Source: Chloroflexota bacterium (GTDB taxonomy: Bacteria; Chloroflexota; Limnocylindria; P2-11E). From it: a stretch of 64,000 nucleotides of DNA. This document shows, in pieces, positions 1-8,774 of this stretch. Positions within the stretch are counted from its first letter, which is position 1; the number at the start of each line of letters is the position of its first letter. Below the pieces are notes generated by a model that saw only the letters and a list, made by a program, of their open reading frames with translations, searched no databases and was not told the origin of the DNA. The DNA lies in assembly GCA_005883625.1 (NCBI GenBank), contig VBDU01000034.1, positions 4,160-68,159 of the forward strand. The letters run 5' to 3'. Position numbers and translations under genes: made by a program.

Positions 1-1269
1 CGGTCGCCTGCGGCGCGGCCGGATCCCACGACGCGATGAACTGGGCGACCGCGAACGCCCCGCGATGCGGGAACGCGGTCGCGTCGGGAGCCACGCGGGA
101 GACCGCGCCGCCGAGCGCGTCGACGATGACCGCGCCGCTCCCCGCGCCCTGGCTTCGCTGCAGCGTATCCATCCCGCTCGTGAGCGCGGCGATCCCGCCG
201 GGGCCGAGCGCCGCAGGCAGTACGAGGGATTTCGCGGCGTACGTCTCCCGATCGAGCTGCGCTTCCGGGGTCTGGCCCTTGAGATGGCACTGCGCGAGCG
301 TCTTCCCGAAGCAGCCGGCCTCGAGGAGCATCGCGGCGGCGTAGGAGACGTTCGTCGAAGACCGATCGGTCGGCGCTCCCGCGACGGACAGGAGCGTGTC
401 GACCTGGGCGTCGAGATCCTTCACGTCGCCCAAGAACGTCGCGTGGATGCGGATCGCCGGCGTCGTGCCCGGCACCCCTTCGAGATGCAGGTTCGACCAG
501 AGCGTCTCCGGCGCGGCGGCGAGCCAGGACTGCCAGGCGCGGATCACGTCGGGCGCGCGTGACCAGGTGAACTGGAGGAACGCGAGCGCGAGCGACGAGA
601 TCGGGCGCGTCCGTCAGCGGTGATGATGTCGGCGCTCGCCAGGCTGTCGCACGTGAGGCCCCAGCCGCGCGACAGCACGCCGACGCCGCCGCCGAGCGTG
701 AGCCCGGCGATGCCGACGGTCGGGCACGACCCCGCCGCGATCCCGACGCCCGCCGCGGCGAGCGCCGCGTAGACGTCGACCAGACGCGCTCCGGCGCCGA
801 CCACGACGTCGCCGGAGCGGACGTTCACCCCGTTCAGGGGACCAGTGTCGATCACGAGCCCGGGCCCGGTCGACCACCCGCCGTAGCTGTGGCCGCCCGA
901 GCGAACGGCGAGCGGAAGCTTGTAGCGCTGCGCGAAGGCCACCGCGGCGCGGACGTCGTCGGCGGAGGCGCAGCGCGCGATGCCCTGTGGCCGCGCGTCG
1001 TCGAAGCGCGTGTTGTAGAGCACGCGCGCGCGGTCGTACGGCGCATCGCCGGGACGGATCACGCCGCCTTTGACGTCGCGGCCGAGCGCCGCCCAGTCCG
1101 GCTGCGCGCTCGTCGGCGCGGGCGTCGGCGTCGCGGTCGGCGTCGCGGTCGGCGGGAGCGTCGCGCTCGGACGGGCGCTCGTCGGCGCCGGGGTCGGCCG
1201 CGCCGCCGGTCGGCACGCCGCGAGCGCGGCGCCGAGGGCCGCCCGAAGGAACGCGCGACGTCCGATCAC
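1..1269 (-). pseudogene. FAD-binding oxidase (PCMH/BBE-like, FAD_binding_4) with a Tat signal, apparently disrupted. The N-terminal frame stops at 544; the C-terminal BBE-like half continues in another frame and runs off the window.
   Basis: The translation starts MIGRRAFLRAALGAALAAC (RR Tat motif, GTG start at 1267-1269) and carries RSGGHSYGG, the flavinylation-type His motif, and GxGxxG-like glycine runs. The frame breaks after ITADGRAR near 600-625. The expected DLFWALRGGGGNFG segment is absent in all three frames. The downstream part (PISSLALAFLQFTWSRAPDVIRAWQSW...) is only readable in a shifted frame. Confidence 0.55.
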
Positions 1270-1348
1270 TTCCTACTACGTCCCGGCGCAGCCGGGCGAA
1301 GCAGGATGGTCGGGCGGAGCCCAGCGACGCACGATCACTTCCTACTAC
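1253..1348. promoter_or_regulatory. Two direct copies of a ~25-nt motif (GCGACG-N-CGATCACTTCCTACTAC) 69 bp apart in the divergent intergenic region between the FAD oxidase and malic enzyme genes.
   Basis: Copy 1 is at 1253-1279 (the 18-nt core ccgatcacttcctactac at 1262-1279) and overlaps the GTG start of the minus-strand oxidase. Copy 2 is at 1323-1348 (core at 1331-1348) and ends 12 nt before the malic enzyme ATG. The motif is AT-richer than the surrounding sequence. Confidence 0.5.
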
Positions 1349-1359
1349 ATCATCAACGC

Positions 1360-2985
1360 ATGTCCACGCCTCGCGGCGCGTCCCTGCTCCACGAACCCCG
1401 GCTGAACAAGTCCACCGCTTTCAACAAGGACGAGCGCGAGGCTTTCGGCCTGCTCGGGCTGCTTCCCGAGGGCATCGACGATCTTGAGACGCAGCTGCGA
1501 CGCGCGATGGCGCAGCTCGACGCGAAGACGACCGATCTCGAGCGGTACATCTACCTCTCGCAGCTCCAGGACACCGACGAGACGCTCTTCTATCGGGTCC
1601 TCGTGTCCGATCCCGCCCGGTTCTTGCCGCTCGTGTACACGCCGACGGTGGGCGAGGCCTGCCTTCGCTTCGGCCACATCATGCGGCGGTCCCGTGGGCT
1701 CTACCTGTCGGTCGAGCGCCGCGGCCGGGTCCGCGAGGTCCTCCGAAACTGGCCCGAGCGCGACGTCCGCTTCATCGTCGTGACGAGCGGCGAGCGCATC
1801 TTGGGCCTCGGGGACCTGGGCGCGAACGGTATGGGGATCCCGATCGGCAAGCTCTCGCTCTACACCGCGGTGGGCGGCGTGCCCCCCGAGTACACGCTGC
1901 CCGTGCTCGTCGACTCGGGAACCAACAACGAGACGCTCCTCGCCGATCCGCTCTACCTCGGTCTCCGCCGGCCTCGCGCGCCGCGCGAAGAGCTCGACGC
2001 GTTCGTCGAGGAGTTCGTGACGGCGGTGCAGGCCGAGTTCCCCAAGTGCTGCATTCAGTTCGAGGACTGGGCCGGGCCGGATGCGGTGCGGCTCCTGGCG
2101 CGCTACCGCGACCGCGTGTGCTGCTTCAACGACGACATCCAGGGGACGGCCGCGGTCGCGCTCGCGGGGGTCCTCGCTGCGCTCAGGATCACGGGCGGCC
2201 GTCTCGCGGATCAGCGTTTCCTCTTCTTCGGCGCGGGCTCGGCGGCGACCGGGATCGCGGGCCTCCTCTCCGAGGCGCTGCGTCGCGAAGGCCTTCGCGA
2301 CGAGGACGCGCGCTCGCGGATCTTCCTCGTCGACCGGCGCGGCCTCATCACGCGCGACCGCGAGACGATCGCCGAATACCAGCGGCCCTTCGCGCAGGCC
2401 CGACCGGCCGTGACCGATCTGGTCACGGCGATCGAGGAGCTCCGCCCGACCGCGCTCATCGGGCTCAGCACCGTAGGCGGCGCGTTCGACCGGCGCGTCG
2501 TGGGCGCGATGGCGAGAGTGAACGAGCGGCCGATGATCTTTCCGTTCTCCAATCCCACGTCGCACTCGGAGTGTTCGGCCGAGGACGCGTACGCCTGGAC
2601 TGACGGCCGCGCGGTGTTCGCGAGCGGGAGCCCGTACCCGCCGGTCCGCCACGGCGGCCGCACGCTCGTGCCGGGCCAGGGGAACAACGTCTACATCTTT
2701 CCCGCGATTGGCATGGCGGTCTACGCGACGGGCGCGAGGCGCGTGAGCGACGAGATGTTCGTCGCGGCCGCCCGCGGCGTCGCCGAGGAGGTGACGCAGA
2801 GCGACCTCGACGTGGGCCTGATCTTCCCGCCGACGTCGTCGATCGCGGGCACCGAGCTGCACGCCGCCGTGCGCGTGGCCGAGGTCGTGTTCGACCAGGG
2901 CCTCGCGGCGGTCCCGCGCCCGCCCGATCTTGCGGCGTACGTCGCCGCGCAGGCGTACGTGCCGCGCTATCGCAGCCTCGTCTAG
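1360..2985 (+). CDS. NAD(P)-dependent malic enzyme (malate dehydrogenase, oxaloacetate-decarboxylating).
   Basis: 541 aa from the ATG at 1360 (MSTPRGASLLHEPRLNKSTAFNKDEREAFGLLGLLPEG...). Malic-enzyme N-terminal and NAD-binding motifs are present (GLGDLGANGMGIPIGKLSLYTAVGG, FNDDIQGTAAVALAG). The long upstream in-frame extension in the ORF track is Arg-rich GC artefact. Confidence 0.9.
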   Translation: MSTPRGASLLHEPRLNKSTAFNKDEREAFGLLGLLPEGIDDLETQLRRAMAQLDAKTTDLERYIYLSQLQDTDETLFYRVLVSDPARFLPLVYTPTVGEACLRFGHIMRRSRGLYLSVERRGRVREVLRNWPERDVRFIVVTSGERILGLGDLGANGMGIPIGKLSLYTAVGGVPPEYTLPVLVDSGTNNETLLADPLYLGLRRPRAPREELDAFVEEFVTAVQAEFPKCCIQFEDWAGPDAVRLLARYRDRVCCFNDDIQGTAAVALAGVLAALRITGGRLADQRFLFFGAGSAATGIAGLLSEALRREGLRDEDARSRIFLVDRRGLITRDRETIAEYQRPFAQARPAVTDLVTAIEELRPTALIGLSTVGGAFDRRVVGAMARVNERPMIFPFSNPTSHSECSAEDAYAWTDGRAVFASGSPYPPVRHGGRTLVPGQGNNVYIFPAIGMAVYATGARRVSDEMFVAAARGVAEEVTQSDLDVGLIFPPTSSIAGTELHAAVRVAEVVFDQGLAAVPRPPDLAAYVAAQAYVPRYRSLV

Positions 2986-3614
2986 CCGAGCCGCGCGAGC
3001 GTGTAGAGACCGAGCGCGAGGAGCAGGAGGCCGACGACGCGCCGGAACACGGACTCGGGCAGGCGGCGCAGCAGGACGCCGCCGACGATCGTGCCGGCGA
3101 CCACGCCGGCCGTCGCGAGGACGATCGGGAACGCGAGCGGACCGAGCCGCGCGCCCTGCGTCGCGAGGTACACCGGGATGCGCGCGCCGTCGACGACGAG
3201 GGCCACCGCCGTCGCGGTCGCGACGAACGCGTCGCGCTCCACGTCGAAGCCGAGGAGCGCGGCGGACCGGATCCCGCCCTGATTGCCCACGAGCCCGCCG
3301 AGCAGGCCCGAGGCGAGACCGCCGAACCAGGCGACGCGCGCTCCGAACCGCATCCGCTGCGAGAAGCCGGTGATGCCGCCGAGGCCCGCGAACAGCAGCA
3401 AACCGCCAAAGACCACCGCGAGGAGCGGACCGCCCGCGACCGATTGCAGCGTGGCGCCGGCGAGACCACCGAGGGCGCTCGGGATGCCGAAGCGGACGAG
3501 CACGTCGCGATCGATGTGCCGGCGCAGCATCGCGAAGCGGACGGCCGTGCCGACGACGTGTGGCAGCGACACCGCCGCCACCGCGAGCTGCAGGTCGTAG
3601 CGCGTCGCGACCAC
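2982..3614 (-). CDS. TSUP-family (TauE/SafE sulfite-exporter-like) membrane protein. The start is uncertain.
   Basis: Poly-TM, Gly-rich translation typical of TauE. The in-frame sequence upstream of the listed GTG (to ~3791) still reads like the TauE N-terminus (AGFGIGSVLTPVV) but contains no ATG/GTG/TTG. The start is either non-canonical or there is an upstream frameshift. Confidence 0.7.
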   Translation of the reverse strand: MVATRYDLQLAVAAVSLPHVVGTAVRFAMLRRHIDRDVLVRFGIPSALGGLAGATLQSVAGGPLLAVVFGGLLLFAGLGGITGFSQRMRFGARVAWFGGLASGLLGGLVGNQGGIRSAALLGFDVERDAFVATATAVALVVDGARIPVYLATQGARLGPLAFPIVLATAGVVAGTIVGGVLLRRLPESVFRRVVGLLLLALGLYTLARLG

Positions 3615-3790
3615 GGGGGTCAGGACGCTGCCGATCCCGAATCCCGCGACCGCCGAGATGGCTCCGGCCGCGACGGACGCCGCGAGGACGACCGCCGGGA
3701 ATGGATCCGCGGCTAGCTCCGGTAGGCCCGCTCCGCCGTGCGGCGGGATCGCACGGCCGACCAGCTGTCGGGCACGGCGGGGAGTCTATG

Positions 3791-3870
3791 GGGGTCCGAC
3801 GGGGGCGAACCCCCTCGACGAAGGGGTCGAAACCCCGCTCGACCGGGGGCTCGATCGATCGCCTAGCGCG
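3791..3870. other. Structured intergenic segment with tandem GC hairpins: GGGGGCGAACCCCC at 3801-3814, GGGGTCGAAACCCC at 3823-3836, and repeated TCGAC spacers.
   Basis: Read directly: gggggtccgac-gggggcgaaccccc-tcgacgaa-ggggtcgaaacccc-gctcgaccgggggctcgatcgatcg. It lies between the divergent TauE and SpoIID-like genes. Confidence 0.45.
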
Positions 3871-3948
3871 CAGACAGCGATTGGATCAGCTCGGGGTCGA
3901 TGTGGGCGGCATGGCTGTCCTTCGCTCCCTCGCTCGCCGAGGCTACAG

Positions 3949-6069
3949 GTGGTGGTGGTGCGACTCCCGGCTTTCGTTCCCGTGCTGGTGGCTGTCCTCT
4001 CCGTCGGCGCGGTCGTCATCGTCGGTGCCGACGCGCTGGGGATCGATCGTCCCGCTGCGAGCGCGGCCGCACCGACCGCCGCGGCCGAGACGCGCGCCGC
4101 TCCCGTCGCCCGCGGCCGCCCGCCGCATGACGACGCGCCGCCGCTGCTCGGCATCGCGACCGGCGAGGAGGCCGGCCACATCGCCTATCCCGACGGTCCG
4201 GCGCTGCCGGCGCTTCCCGGCGAGATCCGCTCCGTCGAGGTGATGGTCCGCAACGACGGGAACGAGCTGTGGCAGGCGACCGGCGCCAACCCGGTGATGC
4301 TCTCGTACCACCTCTACGACGCCGATGGCCACCTCATCGCCTGGGACGGTCTTCGCACGACGCTGCCGTTCGACATCTCGCCGGGCTACGACGGCGCGCT
4401 GGCGCTCCGCGTCGCGCTCCCGGCACGGACCGGCACGTATTCGATCAAGCCCGATCTCATCCGTGACGGTCGGGCCTGGTTTTCGTCGCTCGGCACACCG
4501 CAGAGCGCCTTCCCGCTGCGGGTGACGTCGGACCTCGACGCGACGTACGGCGCGACCACCGCACCTGCGTCGATCGTCCCCGGCGGCGAGGTCAACGTCG
4601 AGGTGCGCGTCAAGAACACCGGCCTTCGCGCCTGGCCCGCGGGCGGCGACCATCCCGTCCACCTCGGCTACCACTGGTTCGACATGAGCTCGAACGCCGT
4701 CGTGTGGGATGGCGTGAGGACCGCGCTGCCGCACGACGTCGCGCCTGGCGAAGAGGTCGCCTTCACCGTCGACATGCGCGCGCCGCAGGGCGAAGGCGCC
4801 TACGCGCTGGCCTGGGACATGGTGCAGGAAGGGACCGCCTGGTTCTCTCGCGTCGCCGTGCCGATGAAGGAAGACACGGTCGTCGTGGAGCGTGGGGTCA
4901 CGTTCTACGGGAAGGGCTGGGGGCACGGGATCGGGCTCTCGCAATGGGGCGCGCAGGGCTGGGCCGAGGGCGCCACCGGCGTTCGCCTGGTCGGGGAACA
5001 GATCGTCGCGAAGTACTTCCCCGGCGCGCAGCTCTCGAGGCAGCCGATCTCGCTCCCGTTCCGCGTGCTCCTCTCGGCGCCTTCCACCGCCTGCATCGCG
5101 CGCACGATCTGGAACGTCGCGCGCATGCAGTCGCCTGGTGGCATGCGCCTGGTGAACGACGCGGATCCCTCGGTCACGTACTTCGACGCGGCGGCGAACC
5201 AGCCCGTGGGCTTCACGACGTACGGCTCGACGCTCATCGCGACGGACGGCTGGTCCGGCCGTCAGGTCTATGTTGGCGAGGACACCGTGACCCTCGTGCC
5301 GAAGCAGTGGTGGGATCCGATCGGCATCGACCAGAAGGGCCTCGCGTACCGGGGGAACCTGCAGGTCCAGGTGCGCGATGAGGGCAACCTTCGCGTCGTG
5401 AACTACGTCTCGTCCGACGACTACATGCGCGGCGCGCTCCCCGGCGAGATGCCGAACGACTGGCGGATCGAGGCGCTGCGCGCGCAGGCGATCACGGCGC
5501 GGACGTACGCCGCCTGGCGCCAGTCGACCGCGGGCGACCGGACCTGGGACGTTCGCGACGACACCGCGGATCAGTGCTACGGCGGACGCTCGTTCGAGAG
5601 CCCGCGGACGTCCGCGGCGGTCGAGTCGACCGCGGGGCAGATCCTCACGTACGCGGGCAAGCCCATCCGCGCGCTGTACTCGTCGGCCCACGGCGGCATC
5701 AGCGAGAACGTGGGCTGCCTCCTCGAGGCCGAGCGGGTCGGGACGACCTGGCGCTGCGCGGACGGCTGGCCCTATCTCGCCGTGGTCGACGATCCCGCCG
5801 AGCTCGCTGCGTACGACGCGCGCGGCCAGAACCCGCATCAGCTGTGGTCGCGGTTCTTCAGCGGCGGCGAGATCCGCCGCCAGATCGTCGAGGACTACGG
5901 GATCGACATCGGCGATTTCGTCTCGCTCGAGCTCAACATGAGCCCCGGCGGCCGGCCGGTCTCGGTGCTCGTCCGCGGCACCCATGACTGGGTCGACCTC
6001 AAGGGCGACCGCTTCCTGCGCACGACGCTCGGCCTCAAGAGCACGCTCGTCCGAATGATCCCGTTCTAG
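3949..6069 (+). CDS. Membrane-anchored SpoIID/LytB-domain protein (amidase-enhancer family) with three N-terminal ~110-aa Ig-like repeats.
   Basis: A run of four GTGs (first at 3949) precedes the TM segment VVVVRLPAFVPVLVAVLSVGAVVIVGA. There are three repeats of the form V.VRN.G...W......P.L.YHW.D..... .W.G.RT.LP.D..PG. The C-terminus carries SpoIID motifs (MPNDWRIEALRAQAITARTYAAW, ALYSSAHGGISENV). Confidence 0.75.
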   Translation: MVVVRLPAFVPVLVAVLSVGAVVIVGADALGIDRPAASAAAPTAAAETRAAPVARGRPPHDDAPPLLGIATGEEAGHIAYPDGPALPALPGEIRSVEVMVRNDGNELWQATGANPVMLSYHLYDADGHLIAWDGLRTTLPFDISPGYDGALALRVALPARTGTYSIKPDLIRDGRAWFSSLGTPQSAFPLRVTSDLDATYGATTAPASIVPGGEVNVEVRVKNTGLRAWPAGGDHPVHLGYHWFDMSSNAVVWDGVRTALPHDVAPGEEVAFTVDMRAPQGEGAYALAWDMVQEGTAWFSRVAVPMKEDTVVVERGVTFYGKGWGHGIGLSQWGAQGWAEGATGVRLVGEQIVAKYFPGAQLSRQPISLPFRVLLSAPSTACIARTIWNVARMQSPGGMRLVNDADPSVTYFDAAANQPVGFTTYGSTLIATDGWSGRQVYVGEDTVTLVPKQWWDPIGIDQKGLAYRGNLQVQVRDEGNLRVVNYVSSDDYMRGALPGEMPNDWRIEALRAQAITARTYAAWRQSTAGDRTWDVRDDTADQCYGGRSFESPRTSAAVESTAGQILTYAGKPIRALYSSAHGGISENVGCLLEAERVGTTWRCADGWPYLAVVDDPAELAAYDARGQNPHQLWSRFFSGGEIRRQIVEDYGIDIGDFVSLELNMSPGGRPVSVLVRGTHDWVDLKGDRFLRTTLGLKSTLVRMIPF

Positions 6070-6120
6070 GACCCGGTCCGCGGCCGGCGGCCGTCACGGG
6101 CTGCGTCGTAGAGTCGTGCG

Positions 6121-6522
6121 ATGACTGAGGCTCCGCGACTCTACCGCGTGATCGTCCAGGTCGCCGACTTGGATCGCGCGGCCGGATTCTACGAGCGACT
6201 CTTTGGCGTGGCCGGCCGCCGTATCGAGGGCGCGTCTCGCCACTACTTCGACTGCGGCGACGTCATCCTCGCGCTGCTCCAGCCGAGGGGCGAGAATGCG
6301 CGCTCGACGCCCGACTATCTCTACTTCGCGGTCGGCGACCTCGAAGCCGTTCATCGCCGCGCGAAGGATCTGGGCGCGCTCGCCAAGGGCACGATCCATG
6401 GTGAGTCGGCCGCGGGCGAGATCGCCAGGCGCCCATGGGGGGAGCGGAGCTTCTACGCGGCGGACCCCTTCGGCAATCTCCTCTGCTTCGTCGACGCCCG
6501 CACCCTCTTCACCGGAGCGTGA
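6121..6522 (+). CDS. VOC-family (glyoxalase/bleomycin-resistance fold) protein.
   Basis: 133 aa. The pattern LYRVIVQVADLDRAAGFYERLFG...FYAADPFGNLLCF is typical of glyoxalase-like domains. Confidence 0.7.
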   Translation: MTEAPRLYRVIVQVADLDRAAGFYERLFGVAGRRIEGASRHYFDCGDVILALLQPRGENARSTPDYLYFAVGDLEAVHRRAKDLGALAKGTIHGESAAGEIARRPWGERSFYAADPFGNLLCFVDARTLFTGA

Positions 6523-6538
6523 CCAGTAGAGTGGGCGC

Positions 6539-6916
6539 GTGCCCATGGAGATCGTCGTCGAGACGGACGATCGACCCGGCATCATCGCCGAGATCGGCGA
6601 GGTGTTCGGCCATGCTCGCCTGAACATCAAGGCGGCCGCCGCGTTCGCGCACGGCGGGCGCGGCTACCTCCACTTCGTCGTCGACGACGCCGACCGCGCG
6701 CTCGCCACGCTGAAGGTCGCCGGGTGGAAGGTCCGCACGACACGCGAGGTGCTCGTGGTCTCCCTCGACGACCGGCCGGGCGAGCTCGGGCGCTACGCGC
6801 GCCGTCTCTCGGATGCGGGGATCAACATCGCCGCGTTCTACATGGCCGGCGAGCGCGCGGGCGAGAAAGAGCTCATCGTCGCCGTCGACGACGTCGCGTC
6901 CGCCCGTCGGGCGTAG
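6539..6916 (+). CDS. ACT-domain protein (two tandem ACT-like halves).
   Basis: The halves are IVVETDDRPGIIAEIGEVFGHARLNIKA and VLVVSLDDRPGELGRYARRLSDAGINIAAF. Confidence 0.65.
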   Translation: MPMEIVVETDDRPGIIAEIGEVFGHARLNIKAAAAFAHGGRGYLHFVVDDADRALATLKVAGWKVRTTREVLVVSLDDRPGELGRYARRLSDAGINIAAFYMAGERAGEKELIVAVDDVASARRA

Positions 6917-6919
6917 GCG

Positions 6920-7909
6920 ATGCTCGTCGCGGGCCGCGAAGTCGCCGTCACGAACGCCGAGAAGATCTTCTTTCCGAAGCCGGGCATCACGAAAGGCGAC
7001 CTCGTCCAGTACTACGTGGACGTGGCCGGCGCCGTGCTCCATCACGTCGCGCGGCGGCCGATGCAGATGAAGCGGCATCCCAACGGCGTCGAGGGTGACT
7101 TCTTCTACCAGAAGCGCGTCCCAAACCCGCACCCCGAATGGCTCGAGACCGTCCACATCAGCTACCCGAGCGGGAACGAAGCGGACTTCCCCGTGGTCAC
7201 CGACGCGGCCGGCCTCGCCTGGATCGCGAACCTCGGCTGCATCGAGCTGCACACCTGGCACTCGCGCGTCGACGCGGTGACGAAGCCGGACTACCTGCTC
7301 ATCGACCTCGATCCGTCGGAAGGCAACCCCTGGTCGCACGTCCGCGAGATCGCGCTCGCCGGCAAACAGGTGCTCGACGAGCTCGGCGTCGCGAGCTTTC
7401 CCAAGACGAGCGGCGCGACGGGGTTCCACATCCTCGTGCCGATCGTGCGCGAGCTCGAGTTCCCGCTCGTGCGCGAGATCGCCCGCGCGATCGCGAAGGC
7501 GATCGTCAAGCTCGTGCCCACGATCGCGACGACGCAGTGGAAGGTGGCGGGCCGCCCAGGCGTCTTCGTCGACTACGGCCAGAACGCGTTCGACCGGACC
7601 ATCGCGTCCGCCTACTCGGTGCGGCCCGTCGAGGACGCTCGCGTCTCGGCGCCGCTCCGCTGGGACGAGGTCTCGGACGTCGAGCCTGGCGACTTCACGC
7701 TCCGGACGATGCGCGATCGCCTCGCGCGCGTCGGCGAGGTCACGGCGGGGATGTGGGAGCGCGCGGTGAGCCTGGATCCGCTGTTCGACACCTTGAAGGT
7801 GAAGCGGGCGCTTCCTAAGCGCAGTCCGCGGAAAGGGCCGCCGCGCGATTGGCGCGCGGAGTATTACGGCAAGGCGAAGGGACAGCAGCGCGGCCCCAGC
7901 CATCGCTAG
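6920..7909 (+). CDS. Stand-alone LigD-type polymerase/primase domain (NHEJ PolDom, PrimPol-like).
   Basis: Motifs FFPKPGITKGDLVQYY...PMQMKRHPNGVEGDFFYQKR...LLIDLDPSEG...KTSGATGFHILVPI match the LigD polymerase domain. Confidence 0.8.
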   Translation: MLVAGREVAVTNAEKIFFPKPGITKGDLVQYYVDVAGAVLHHVARRPMQMKRHPNGVEGDFFYQKRVPNPHPEWLETVHISYPSGNEADFPVVTDAAGLAWIANLGCIELHTWHSRVDAVTKPDYLLIDLDPSEGNPWSHVREIALAGKQVLDELGVASFPKTSGATGFHILVPIVRELEFPLVREIARAIAKAIVKLVPTIATTQWKVAGRPGVFVDYGQNAFDRTIASAYSVRPVEDARVSAPLRWDEVSDVEPGDFTLRTMRDRLARVGEVTAGMWERAVSLDPLFDTLKVKRALPKRSPRKGPPRDWRAEYYGKAKGQQRGPSHR

Positions 7910-7939
7910 GGCCGCGCCGCCGTGCTTGCCAGCTTGGAG

Positions 7940-8668
7940 CTAACGCGCTCGGTACTTCGCCCAGAACTCCGCAGCGCTCAGGCCGGACTCGGCGATCGCC
8001 TTCGCGCAGACGGTGCTCACGCGGTCCGCCTGGATCACCATGTCGTTCGCCACCATGCCCGCGAGGGAGGCACGCAGGGCGAGGCAAGCCTTCACCGCGT
8101 CGCTCATGACGGGCGCGGTCGACTTGTCATCACGTTTCGGGCACGTCGTGGCGTTCTCGTTGCGGACGCTCGCGCAGGGCGGCGGGCACGGGGTCTGGCC
8201 GTCGTGCATCGCCGACACGCAACGCTCGCCGCCGGTCGCGGGGCAGGGGTTCTGTCCGTCGTTCCGGGTGCTCGCGCACCGGTCGCGGCCCAGCAGCTGG
8301 GACACCTTCTGCGCGAACTCCTCAGGTGAGAGGCCGCTCGTCTCGATCGCGCGGCGGCACGCGTCGCTGCGCAGGTCGTGCGTCTCGACGCAGCTCTTCA
8401 CGAGCGACCAGAGGTCTTGCTCCTGTTTCGCGGCCTGAAGCTGGACGTCGCGGTTCGCCGCGAGCTTGACATAGAAGTCGGAGCCGAGCTCGGCCGCGGC
8501 GAGGGCGCGAAGGCACTCATCGCTGTCGGGATCCTTCGTGTCGAGGCAGGCCGCGAACAAGTCGCCGGGATTGTCATCGTGATGCGCGGAGACGGTCATG
8601 GTCGCCGCGCTCGCCGCCATCACCACGACGAGAGCGTCGCGCAGGACAAAGGACATGCGAAGCCGCAT
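7940..8668 (-). CDS. Secreted cysteine-rich hypothetical protein.
   Basis: Signal peptide MRLRMSFVLRDALVVVMAASAATMTVSA, then a 12-Cys mature region with paired motifs (SGLSPEEF / SGLSAAEF). No recognisable catalytic motif. Confidence 0.5.
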   Translation of the reverse strand: MRLRMSFVLRDALVVVMAASAATMTVSAHHDDNPGDLFAACLDTKDPDSDECLRALAAAELGSDFYVKLAANRDVQLQAAKQEQDLWSLVKSCVETHDLRSDACRRAIETSGLSPEEFAQKVSQLLGRDRCASTRNDGQNPCPATGGERCVSAMHDGQTPCPPPCASVRNENATTCPKRDDKSTAPVMSDAVKACLALRASLAGMVANDMVIQADRVSTVCAKAIAESGLSAAEFWAKYRAR

Positions 8669-8774
8669 TGCGCGCTCCTTCCCACCCGGACCCAGCGGAG
8701 GTCCTGCCAGGGGAACGGCCCCCTCCCGCGAACGGTGCACTCGCCGGAGGTACCAGCGCGGGACCGGTACGGTC

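Noticed and set aside
889-1359. 157-aa N-terminal extension of the malic enzyme ORF
   Set aside because: Extremely Arg-rich (RRRGRRRRGRRRGRR). It overlaps the divergent oxidase gene and the repeat-bearing promoter. The canonical malic-enzyme N-terminus starts at the ATG at 1360.
1345-2862. 505-aa minus-strand ORF antisense to malic enzyme
   Set aside because: Low-complexity Arg/Glu/Asp-rich translation opposite a well-supported gene.
3943-5985. 680-aa minus-strand ORF antisense to the SpoIID-like gene
   Set aside because: Arg/Ala/Gly-rich, no motifs; a typical stop-codon-poor antisense frame of a 70%-GC gene.
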